DNA of 62,575 nucleotides, filler included, from Thermodesulfobacteriota bacterium (GTDB lineage: Bacteria; DASVDK01): the NCBI GenBank assembly GCA_036381125.1. It is 6 parts of 6 records of this genome, joined end to end, with 100 filler letters (N's around TTAATTAATTAA, not from the genome) between each part and the next. Parts side by side here need not be neighbours in the genome. Positions count along the whole stretch, not along the records: positions 13,103 to 18,470 come from DASVDK010000161.1; positions 18,571 to 36,798 come from DASVDK010000162.1; 4 more parts are not named here. One strand, written 5' to 3'. Position numbers and translations under genes: made by a program. A model generated the notes under the pieces. It was given only the letters and a program-made list of their open reading frames with translations, searched no databases and was not told the origin of the DNA. Every line of letters begins with the position of its first letter. Position 1 is the stretch's first letter. This document shows, one piece after another, positions 13,103-21,661 of this stretch.

Positions 13103-14219
13103 CTCGATGGGCATCGGCAGCTCGTGGACGACGGTGGGCACGATCGGGATCGGCCTGGTCGGCGTCGCGCTGAGCATGGGGCTCGACCCGGCGATCACCG
13201 CCGGCGCCGTGATCTCCGGCGCCTACCTGGGCGACACCAGCTCGCCCCTCTCGGATTCGGCCAACCTCGCCGCCGGCGCCGCCAACGTCAACCTCTACGA
13301 CCACATCCGCGAGACGGCCGTGACCTCCGTCGCGGCCTTCGTGATCGCCCTAGTCGTCTTCTGGTTCCTCGGCCGGCCCGGCGACCTCGGCGCCAGCGCC
13401 AAGGTCGACGCCATCGCGATGAGCTTCCGCATGTCGCCGCTGCTCTTCCTGCCGCTCGCCCTCGTGGTCGCCCTCGCGCTGCTCAGGCTCCCGCCGTTCA
13501 GCACGATCTTCATCGGCGCGCTCGTGGGGGGCCTGCTCGCCGTGTTCGTGGCGCCGGAGCGGGTGATCGCGTTCGCCGATGCAGGCGACGGCACACCTGG
13601 CTGGCTCGCGCTCGTCAAGGGCGTCTGGCTCGCCCTCGCGAGCGGATACGTGTCGACGACCGGCTACCCGCCGCTCGACCAGCTCGCGTCCCGCGGCGGC
13701 ATGGACAGCATGCTCGACACGGTCTGGCTCGTCATCGCGGCGCTGGCGTTCGGCGGGGTGATCGAGAGGGCGGGCGTGCTCGACCGGCTCATCACGCCGA
13801 TCGTCGGCCTGGTGAAGTCGGTCGGCACCCTCGTCGCCGCCCTGGTCGCCACGGTGTTCGCGACCAACGTCGCCACGGCCGACCAGTACATCGCGATCGT
13901 CCTGCCGGGGCGGATGTTCAGGCGCGCGTTCGAGGCACGCGGGCTCGCGCCGGTGATGCTGTCGCGCACGATCGGCGTCTCCGGCACCCCGACCGGGGCG
14001 CTGATCCCCTGGAACAGTTGCGGCGCCTACATGGCCGCGACGCTCGGGGTCGCCACCTTCGATTACCTGCCCTACGCCGTGTTCAATCTCGCGAGCCCGC
14101 TCCTCGCGATCGCGCTTGCGGCCACCGGCCTGCGGGTCCTGCGCGTCCGGGGGACGGCGGCGCCGGGGCAGCCCTCGGGACGGCCGGCTCCTCCGACTCC
14201 GGCCCACCACGGGCCCTAG
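13103..14219 (+). CDS. NhaC-family Na+/H+ antiporter or amino-acid transporter (5'-partial)
   Basis: GSSWTTVGTIG, GAVISGAYLGDxxSPLSDS.NLA, SRGGM.SM, LIPWNSCGAYM; many TM helices. Confidence 0.9.
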
Positions 14220-14222
14220 CGT

Positions 14223-14810
14223 ATGTCGGACCTCCGGACCGGGGCGGTCGGCGCGGCGCCCCGGGCGTCGCGATCGATCCGGGCGCATCGCGCCGGGTTC
14301 CTGATCCTCGGCCTGGCGCTGATCGTCTGCGGAAGCCTGGCGCTCGCGTGGCCCGCCACGACGACCGGCGCGATCCGCCTCGTCATCGGCGTCGCGTTCA
14401 TGGCCGCGGGACTCGTGAAGCTCACCCACACGGTCGTCGTGAAGGACTGGTCCGGGTGCCTCTGGCAGCTCTTCGGCGGCGTCGTGGAGTTCCTGGGGGG
14501 CCTCTTCATCTACCTGTATCCCCTCAAGGGCGCGATCGCGATCACGCTCCTCGCCGCGATCGTGCTGGCGGCAGAGGGCGTGACCCAGGTCGGGCTCGCG
14601 ATCAGGCTCCGGCCCCGGCCGGGCTGGGGCTGGGTGCTCGCATCGGGCCTCGTCGCGGTGCTCGCCGGGATCGTCCTGGTCCTGAAGCTCCCGCTCGCGA
14701 GCCCGTTGGCCCCGGGGTCGATCGTGGGGCTCTCGCTGCTGATCGCCGGGTGCGCCTATCTCTTCGTCGCCTACGGCGGCACCCGGGCGAGGGCCGAAGC
14801 GACGCGGTGA
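14223..14810 (+). CDS. HdeD/DUF308-family membrane protein
   Basis: Six TM helices arranged as two 'G..LI..G.LAL.WP' / 'GWGWVLASG' repeats. Confidence 0.8.
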   Translation: MSDLRTGAVGAAPRASRSIRAHRAGFLILGLALIVCGSLALAWPATTTGAIRLVIGVAFMAAGLVKLTHTVVVKDWSGCLWQLFGGVVEFLGGLFIYLYPLKGAIAITLLAAIVLAAEGVTQVGLAIRLRPRPGWGWVLASGLVAVLAGIVLVLKLPLASPLAPGSIVGLSLLIAGCAYLFVAYGGTRARAEATR

Positions 14811-16121
14811 TCACGCGGCCGGCGTCCTGGGGCCGGCGGCGCGCGTCTCGCGGCCAGAGGCCTCGGCGTCGGCCAGCGCGGCCCTGACCCGCTCGCGGAC
14901 GAGGTTGACGTGGGCGCAGAGGTGGTAGCGGAGCTCCTCGTACCCGAGCGGCACCCGGAGCGTTCGGATCGCCTCGTCGATCCGGTCCACCTCGACCCCG
15001 AGTTCCCGCAGGACGGCCGCCGACGGCCGCGATGCGAGCGCGACGTCGACGTCATGCACATCGCGGTACCAGCGGTGGATGCGGGCGCGCACGCGGCCCC
15101 GGTAGAGGCCCGGCAGGAACTGGTAGAGCCCGAAGGCGAGCGGCAGGACCGGCAGGAGCACCTTCAGCCGGGTCACGAGCATCGCCGCCGAGAAGGGCAG
15201 GTGCCGGATGAGGAGCGGCGGCCCCGAATCGTAGAACCGCCGCGCCTCCTCGGCCAGCGGCAGGTCGAGGTGGTCCGGGGACGGGAACTCGTTTCGCCGC
15301 TCGAAGAGGCCCGGGCCCCCGTGGACCCGGTCTGCGGTCATGAGGAGGAGGTTCACGAGCGCCGGGTGGAAGTCGCTCCGGACGGCCAGCGCAGCCGTCG
15401 TCGCCAGGAGAACCGTATCCTCGGCGGGGATGTCGTTCTCGAGGTCGAGCGTGCCGGCGGGCAGGAGGAGCGTCGTGAGGTACGGGAAGCGCCGCGCGTA
15501 GGCCGGCGATCGCGGGATCGTCGCCAGCGTCGCGCCCGGCACGCGGACCAGAGCCTGGAGCGCCGGCGACCGCGGCGAGGCGATGAGGAAGACGCCGTCG
15601 ACGGTCCCGGCGCGGAGCGCCTCGGTGGCCTCCATCCCGGTCAGCGACGACCTCGGGGTCTCACGCGTGTCGATCCCCGCCGCGTCGAGGATCGTCTCGG
15701 CCACGGCGCGCGTGCCGCTCCCGGTCGGCCCGATCGCCAGGCGGCGGCCGGCGAGCCCCTGCCCGGCGCTGCCGTCGCGCGCCACGAGCCAGAGCGGCTC
15801 GTAGAAGAGGCTGCCGAGGGCGACGAGCGGCGCCCCCTCGGGCGCCCGGACCCCGCCCTGGACGAACGCCACGTCGACGCCGCTCTCGGGATCGGCGAGG
15901 AGGGCGACGTTCTCGGCTGCGCCGGAGGTCGCGCGGACCTCGAGCGTCACGTGGTCGCCGGCGAGGAGGTCGCGGTAGCGGAGCGCGAAGCGGTAGTACG
16001 CGCCGTCGGGACGGCCCGCGGCAAGGACCAGGCGCGATGGGGGTCCGGCCGGCACGACGGCGATCGCCAGCGCCGCCGCACCGGCGAAGCCGAGGACGAG
16101 GAGCGCGACCCGCCGGCGCAC
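14811..16121 (-). CDS. TAXI-family TRAP solute-binding protein with a C-terminal membrane segment
   Basis: AAGRPDGAYY, TSGAAEN..LL, DVAFVQGG, LGSLFYEPLW, IGPTGSGT; hydrophobic 'LKVLLPVLPLAFGL' followed by a helical tail. Confidence 0.85.
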   Translation of the reverse strand: MRRRVALLVLGFAGAAALAIAVVPAGPPSRLVLAAGRPDGAYYRFALRYRDLLAGDHVTLEVRATSGAAENVALLADPESGVDVAFVQGGVRAPEGAPLVALGSLFYEPLWLVARDGSAGQGLAGRRLAIGPTGSGTRAVAETILDAAGIDTRETPRSSLTGMEATEALRAGTVDGVFLIASPRSPALQALVRVPGATLATIPRSPAYARRFPYLTTLLLPAGTLDLENDIPAEDTVLLATTAALAVRSDFHPALVNLLLMTADRVHGGPGLFERRNEFPSPDHLDLPLAEEARRFYDSGPPLLIRHLPFSAAMLVTRLKVLLPVLPLAFGLYQFLPGLYRGRVRARIHRWYRDVHDVDVALASRPSAAVLRELGVEVDRIDEAIRTLRVPLGYEELRYHLCAHVNLVRERVRAALADAEASGRETRAAGPRTPAA

Positions 16122-16167
16122 CGGTCCGTCTCGAGCAGGCGCGACGCGGCCGCGCGCCCGGCGCCAG

Positions 16168-16908
16168 CTACTTGGGGCTGGCCGACGGCGCGGCGCCGGT
16201 CGCGGAGGTGCCGCTCTGCGCCGCCCCGCTGCTCGGGCCGGACTCGACGTAGGCCCGGAGTTGCGGGTTGTTCTCCACGGTCCGGTGGATCCGGATGAAC
16301 TCCTCGGCGTCCATGCCGGTCCGGTTCCGGTCGAGGTAGCGGTCGAGCGCCTGCGTTCGAAGGTCCTCCGGCTGGCGGAGCAGCGACGCGACGTTCGGGT
16401 CCTGCATCAGGTCGTGACGGACCCGCGCGTAGGTGTCGAGCTGCTGCTGCGAGATCCCTGCCCGCTCGAGCGCCGCCTCGGGCGTCGAGGCGGCGGCGTC
16501 GCTTCCGGAGGCCGCGCTCGCCGTCCCGCCCTCGACCGCCGCGCGGAGCTCGGGGTCGTTCTGCACCGCTCGATGAACCCGGATGAACTCCTCGGCGTCC
16601 ATGCCGGTCCGGTTTCGGTCGAGGTAGCGGTCGAGCGCCTCCGTTCGGAGGTCTTCCGGCTGGCGGAGCAGCGACGCGACGTTCGGGTCCTGCATCAGGT
16701 CGTGACGGACCCGCGCGTAGGTCTGTAGCTCCTCGGGCGAGATCCCGGCCCGGTCGAGCACGTGGGCGGGTGGCATGGCGGGGGGCGTGTAGCCGGCGTA
16801 CGGGTTGACGCTCGACGGGCCGCCGGTCGACTGCGCCGACGCGGCGACCGGCAGGCTCGCGGCGGCGATTGCCGCGGCGACGACGAGGGCCGACGTGGTC
16901 CCGTGCAT
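16168..16908 (-). CDS. Secreted protein with two tandem near-identical domains (DUF4168-like)
   Basis: AAGGAGG RBS, signal peptide (ASA-Q), 96-aa period repeat 'ISxxxLxTYAR...GMDAEEFIRxHRxVxNxPxLRAxV'. Confidence 0.8.
   Translation of the reverse strand: MHGTTSALVVAAAIAAASLPVAASAQSTGGPSSVNPYAGYTPPAMPPAHVLDRAGISPEELQTYARVRHDLMQDPNVASLLRQPEDLRTEALDRYLDRNRTGMDAEEFIRVHRAVQNDPELRAAVEGGTASAASGSDAAASTPEAALERAGISQQQLDTYARVRHDLMQDPNVASLLRQPEDLRTQALDRYLDRNRTGMDAEEFIRIHRTVENNPQLRAYVESGPSSGAAQSGTSATGAAPSASPK
16240..16760. repeat. Intragenic direct repeat, 288-bp period
   Basis: For example, cagcgacgcgacgttcgggtcctgcatcaggtcgtgacggacccgcgcgtaggt occurs at both 16381 and 16669. Confidence 0.9.
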
Positions 16909-17066
16909 GTGCGCCTCCTTGGAGGTGTTGGAGGTGCGTCCCTCACGCTGGCCGCAGTCTGCCCGAGTTCCCTCGCCCGGACCATCGGGACAATCCCGTG
17001 GTCGAGCCCCGCCTCGACTCGCGAGTCGACCGCTTCTCGACGTGTGCCAGCGCTCGCCGGTCGCCC

Positions 17067-18470
17067 CTATCCCTCGCCCCCCCTCGCCCGCCGGTAGCGC
17101 CGGATGAGCGCGTTGGTCGAGCTGTCGTGCGCGAGGACCGGCTCGGCCGTCCCCTCCAGCTCCGGCACGATGCGCTGCGCGAGCGCCTTGCCCAGCTCGA
17201 CCCCCCACTGGTCGAACGAGTTGACGTGCCAGATCGCCCCCTGCACGAACACCTTGTGCTCGTAGAGGGCGACGAGGCTCCCCAGGACCTCGGGCGTGAG
17301 CCGCTCGGCGAGGATCACGTTGCTCGGCCGGTTCCCCTCGAAGGTGCGGTGCGGTACCTGGAAGGCCGGCACCCCCTCCGCGGCCACCTCCTCCGCCGTC
17401 TTGCCGAGGGCCAGCGCTTCCGCCTGGGCGAAGAGGTTCGCCATGAGGAGGTCGTGGTGGCGGCCCACCCGGTTCAGCGAGCGGCAGAAGCCGATGAAGT
17501 CGCAGGGGACGAGCCTGGTCCCCTGGTGGAGGAGCTGGTAGAAGGCGTGCTGGCCGTTGGTCCCGGGCTCGCCCCAGACGACCGGGCCGGTCTGGTAGTC
17601 CACCGGCCGTCCGTCGAGGTCCACCCGCTTGCCGTTCGACTCCATGTCGAGCTGCTGCAGGTAGGCTGGGAGGCGGCGGAGGTACTGGTCGTACGGCAGC
17701 ACGGCCACCGTCTCCGCGCCGAAGAAGTCGACGTACCAGAGACCGATCAGGCCGAGGAGCACCGGGAGGTTCCGATCGAAGGGCGAACTCCGGAAGTGCT
17801 CGTCCATGGCGTGGAAGCCGGCGAGCATCCGGCGGAACACCTCCGGGCCGACGGCGATCATGAGCGAGAGCCCGATGGCGGAGTCGAGCGAGTACCGGCC
17901 CCCCACCCAGTCCCAGAACTCGAACATCTGCCGCGTGTCGATGCCGAACCTCGCCACCTCGACCGCGTTGGTCGACACGGCGACGAAGTGGCTCGCCACC
18001 GCCCGGTCGTCGCCCAGGGCCCGCACGAGCCAGTCGCGCGCCGTGTGCGCGTTGGTGAGGGTCTCGAGCGTCGTGAAGGTCTTCGAGGAGACGATGAAGA
18101 GCGTCTCGGCCGGGTCGAGGTCGCGCACCGCCTCGACGAAGTCGGTCGCGTCGACGTTCGACACGAAGCGGAGCGTGAGCCCGCGGTCGCTGTAGTAGCG
18201 GAGCGCCTCGTACGCCATGACCGGACCGAGGTCCGAGCCGCCGATGCCGATGTTCACGACGTTGCGGATCGGCTTGCCGGTGAAGCCGCGCCAGTCGCCG
18301 CGCCGGACGCGCTCGGCGAAGGCGCTCATCCGGTCGAGCACCGCGTGGACCTTCGGGACCACGTCCTCGCCGTCGACGACGAGGCTCGCGGTCCGCGGCG
18401 CCCTGAGCGCCACGTGGAGCACGGCCCGGCGCTCGGTGACGTTGATCTTCTCGCCGCGGAACATGGCGTC
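17067..18470 (-). CDS. pgi: Glucose-6-phosphate isomerase (5'-partial)
   Basis: [64 protein letters not shown]. Confidence 0.98.
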   Translation of the reverse strand, partial: DAMFRGEKINVTERRAVLHVALRAPRTASLVVDGEDVVPKVHAVLDRMSAFAERVRRGDWRGFTGKPIRNVVNIGIGGSDLGPVMAYEALRYYSDRGLTLRFVSNVDATDFVEAVRDLDPAETLFIVSSKTFTTLETLTNAHTARDWLVRALGDDRAVASHFVAVSTNAVEVARFGIDTRQMFEFWDWVGGRYSLDSAIGLSLMIAVGPEVFRRMLAGFHAMDEHFRSSPFDRNLPVLLGLIGLWYVDFFGAETVAVLPYDQYLRRLPAYLQQLDMESNGKRVDLDGRPVDYQTGPVVWGEPGTNGQHAFYQLLHQGTRLVPCDFIGFCRSLNRVGRHHDLLMANLFAQAEALALGKTAEEVAAEGVPAFQVPHRTFEGNRPSNVILAERLTPEVLGSLVALYEHKVFVQGAIWHVNSFDQWGVELGKALAQRIVPELEGTAEPVLAHDSSTNALIRRYRRARGGEG

Positions 18471-18570
18471 NNNNNNNNNNNNNNNNNNNNNNNNNNNNNN
18501 NNNNNNNNNNNNNNTTAATTAATTAANNNNNNNNNNNNNNNNNNNNNNNNNNNNNNNNNNNNNNNNNNNN
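18471..18570. other. Artificial contig spacer
   Basis: N-run with TTAATTAATTAA. Confidence 0.99.
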
Positions 18571-18830
18571 GACGGGAGATCCGGCACGAGGAGCGGCTTG
18601 CGCGCCACGCCGCCATGCGCGCCGCGGCCCGGGCGCGCGAGGTCCGCCATGCCATGGGGGGCGGCCGACCGCCGGTCGTGGACCTGGACCTCGCGGAGGT
18701 CTTCCACTGGCGCCGGCTCGGCCGCTCCTTCGAGTGGATCGCCGACGTGCTCGGGGTGTCCGCGGGGACCATCCGGGCCCGGGTGCGGCAGGCCGGGTTC
18801 GCCGATCCCGGGGCGAAGGGTTCCCCGTGA
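18571..18830 (+). CDS. C-terminal fragment of an HTH DNA-binding protein (resolvase/Hin-like tail)
   Basis: A long helix, then 'GGGRPP' and 'GRSFEWIADVLGVSAGTIRARV'. Its TGA overlaps the next start (GTGA). Confidence 0.5.
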
Positions 18831-19501
18831 GGTGCGTGCCGGCCGTCGTCGCGGCCCTCCTCCTGCTCGGCATGTGCGGCCCTGCCGCCGGGCGCGAGGC
18901 GCCGCCCGCCGGCGGCCGCACCGTGATCGACTCGGCCGGCCGCTCGGTGCGCCTGCCGGCGCGGATCGAGCGGGTCTACGCGGCCGGCCACCCGGCAGTC
19001 GTCCTCCTCTACACGCTCGCCCCCGACCGGCTCCTCGGTTGGACCCGCCGGCCGACCGAGGAGGAGAAGCCGTTCCTCCTCCCCGCGACCCGCGACCTCC
19101 CGGAGTACGGCCGCCTCACGGGCCGCGGCGACACGGCGAACGTGGAGGTCGTCCTCGCCGCGCGGCCCGACCTGATCCTCGACTACGGCTCCGTCACCCC
19201 GACCTCCGCCTCGCTCGCCGGCCGCGGGCGGCTCGCCAGCGTCTCGCTCGAGCAGGTCCTGCTCTGGAACCCGGAAGTCGTCCTCACGCTCGACTGGGTC
19301 TTCTTCGCCGACGGCGTGCGGCGGCCCGAGTGGGAGGGCGTCGATGCAGTCCGAGCCGGGCGCGTCTACATGGTGCCGAGGCTCCCGTTCCCCTGGTTCG
19401 ACCGGCCGCCGTCGGTGAACCGCCTGATCGGCGTGCGCTGGCTGCTGCACCTGCTCTACCCCGCCGCCGCGACCGGCGACCTCGGCGAGGCCGCCCGGTG
19501 A
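18827..19501 (+). pseudogene. Class III (BtuF/FepB/MolA-type) ABC substrate-binding protein, internally deleted and short (224 aa)
   Basis: Signal peptide; RTVIDSAGRSV.LP..IERVY.AG.PA..LLY.LAPD.LLGW; 'PDLILDYGS..SLA' joined directly to 'GRGRLASVSLEQVL.WNP'; PFPWFDRPPSVNRLIG. Confidence 0.75.
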
Positions 19502-21258
19502 CGCCGAAGCGGACCGCCGGCCTCGTCGGCCCGGCGCTCGTGCTCCTCGCGCTCGTCCTGGCGTCGTTCGCCGTCGGCCGGTACCCGGTCTCGCCGCTCG
19601 ACGTGCTGCGCGTCCTCGCCGGGACGCCACACGACCTGCCGGCGGCGCTCGAGACGGTCGTGCTCCAGATCCGGCTGCCGAGGGTGACGGCCGGGATGCT
19701 GGTCGGCGCGGCGCTTGCCGCAGCCGGGGCGACCTACCAGAGCCTCTTCCGCAACCCCCTGGTGTCGCCCGACGTGCTCGGCGTCTCGTCCGGCGCCGGC
19801 CTGGGCGCCGCCCTCGGGCTCTTCCTCTCGCTGCCGGTCGCGGCCGTCCAGGGGCTGGCGTTCGCGTTCGGGCTGGCGGCCGTGGCGATCGCCTACGGCA
19901 CCGCCGGCGCGGTGAGGCGGACGCACGACCCGGTCCTCGTGCTCGTCCTCGCCGGCGTGGTCGTCGGCACGCTCTTCGGCGCCGGGATCTCCCTCCTCAA
20001 GTACCTGGCCGACCCGTACGATCAGCTCTCGGCCATCGAGTTCTGGCTCCTCGGCAGCCTGGCGTCCGCGCGTCTCGACGACCTGGCCGGCGTGGTGCCG
20101 GCCGTGGTCCTCGGGCTGCTGCCGCTCGTCCTCCTCAGGTGGCGCATCAACGTCCTCGCCCTGGGGGACGACGAGGCGCGCGCGCTCGGCGTCGACGCCA
20201 GGCGGCTGCGGCCGGTCGTCGTGGCCGCGGCCACGCTCGTGACGGCGGCCGCCGTCTCGATCACCGGGATCATCGGCTGGGTGGGGCTCGTCGTCCCGCA
20301 CGCGGCGCGCCTGCTCGTCGGTCCCGAGTTCACGCGCCTTCTGCCGACCTCCATGCTCATCGGCGCCGGCTACCTGCTCGCCGTGGACGACCTGGCGCGC
20401 ACGGTCGCGCACGTCGAGGTGCCGCTCGGCGTCCTCAACGCGGTCGCCGGTGCGCCGGTCTTCCTCTGGCTCCTCGCGCGGGCGCTTGCCCTCGGCTACC
20501 CCGGCCGGCCGGTCGGCCGTGACGTCTCGCTCGACGTGGCGCCCGGCGAGGTCACGGTCCTGCTCGGCCCGAACGGCAGCGGCAAGACGACGCTCTTCAA
20601 GACGCTCCTCGGCCTCCTCGCGCCCCAGGGGGGAGAGGTCCTCCTCGGCGGCACGAGGCTCGAGCGCATCCCGCCGCGCGCGCTCGCCCGGACGGCGGCC
20701 TACGTCCCGCAGGCCTACACCGGCTACTTCCCCTATACCGTCCTCGACACCGTCCTCATGGGCCGCACCGCGCGGCTATCGCTCTTCGCGACGCCGTCGC
20801 GCGCCGACCGCGCCGTCGCGGCGCGCAGCCTCGACCTCCTCGGGGTCGGCCACCTCGCCGACGCGCCCCTCACGGCGGTCAGCGGCGGCGAGCGGCAGCT
20901 CGTCCTCGTCGCCCGCGCGCTCGCCCAGGAGCCGGCGCTCCTCGTCATGGACGAGCCGACCGCCAGCCTCGACTTCGGCAACCAGGTGCGCGTCCTCGAG
21001 CGGATCGCGCGGCTCGCGGACGAGGGGATCGGGGTCCTCCTCTCGACCCACGACCCCGACCAGGCGTTCCTCTACGGGGACCGGGTCGCGATCCTGCACG
21101 GCGGCCGTCTCGTCGCGCTCGGGTCGCCCGAGGCGGTGATCACGCCGGAGACGCTTCGGGTCGCCTACGGCGTGGAGGTCGAGGTCGTCCGGCTCGACGG
21201 CAGGCGCAGGGTGTGCGTCCCGAGGCTACCCGCGCGGGCGGGCCATCGAGTCCGGTAA
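19498..21258 (+). CDS. FecCD/BtuC-type permease fused in frame to its ABC ATPase
   Basis: IRLPR...GA.LA.AGA.YQ.LFRNPLVSPDVLGVSSGA...GIIGWVGLVVPH, then with no stop GPNGSGKTT, VSGGERQ, LVMDEPT, STHD. Confidence 0.88.
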   Translation: MTPKRTAGLVGPALVLLALVLASFAVGRYPVSPLDVLRVLAGTPHDLPAALETVVLQIRLPRVTAGMLVGAALAAAGATYQSLFRNPLVSPDVLGVSSGAGLGAALGLFLSLPVAAVQGLAFAFGLAAVAIAYGTAGAVRRTHDPVLVLVLAGVVVGTLFGAGISLLKYLADPYDQLSAIEFWLLGSLASARLDDLAGVVPAVVLGLLPLVLLRWRINVLALGDDEARALGVDARRLRPVVVAAATLVTAAAVSITGIIGWVGLVVPHAARLLVGPEFTRLLPTSMLIGAGYLLAVDDLARTVAHVEVPLGVLNAVAGAPVFLWLLARALALGYPGRPVGRDVSLDVAPGEVTVLLGPNGSGKTTLFKTLLGLLAPQGGEVLLGGTRLERIPPRALARTAAYVPQAYTGYFPYTVLDTVLMGRTARLSLFATPSRADRAVAARSLDLLGVGHLADAPLTAVSGGERQLVLVARALAQEPALLVMDEPTASLDFGNQVRVLERIARLADEGIGVLLSTHDPDQAFLYGDRVAILHGGRLVALGSPEAVITPETLRVAYGVEVEVVRLDGRRRVCVPRLPARAGHRVR

Positions 21259-21273
21259 GCGGAGGAAGTGGTC

Positions 21274-21486
21274 ATGGCGAAGATCAGCGGGCGGAACAAG
21301 CTCCCCGCCACGGTGAAGCAGGTGGTCAGGGACGGCGTGATGGCCAAGGTGGTGCTCGACGGCCCGGGCGGCGTGGAGATCACCGCCGTCATCACGGCCG
21401 ACGCGGCGGACGACCTCGGCCTCGCGACGGGTCAGAAGGTCACCGCTCTCATCAAGGCCACCGAGATCATGGTCATGAAGGACTGA
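21274..21486 (+). CDS. Molbindin/Mop (TOBE) molybdate/tungstate-binding protein
   Basis: GGAGG RBS; KISGRNKL..TV....DGVMAKV.......ITAVIT.DA.DDLGL..G.KV.ALIKATE. Confidence 0.9.
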   Translation: MAKISGRNKLPATVKQVVRDGVMAKVVLDGPGGVEITAVITADAADDLGLATGQKVTALIKATEIMVMKD

Positions 21487-21500
21487 CGGTTCTGGCCCGG

Positions 21501-21537
21501 GAGGCCCCACGTACCGCGAACGGCACGTGAGGCCTCC
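21501..21537. terminator. Long hairpin between convergent genes
   Basis: gaggccccacgtaccg-cgaa-cggcacgtgaggcctc (16-bp stem with 2 mismatches), just after the Mop stop codon. Confidence 0.4.
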
Positions 21538-21563
21538 CGGCCAGCCTGCGCTGCGAGGGGCGT

Positions 21564-21645
21564 GGTTCGGCTCCGTCCTGGCGCGCCGCCCACGCCCCGC
21601 CCTGCCGGCGCTCGGGCCTTCGGCCCGGGGCCGCTCGCGCGGCCC
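21564..21645 (+). repeat. Dispersed copy of the ~85-bp double-hairpin repeat family
   Basis: ggttcggctccgtcc..cgcgccgcccacg..ccgc.ctgccggcgctc-gggccttcggccc-gg-ggccgctcgcgcggccc aligns with the units at 59407-59664. Confidence 0.8.
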
Positions 21646-21661
21646 GCATTCCCGCTACTAG

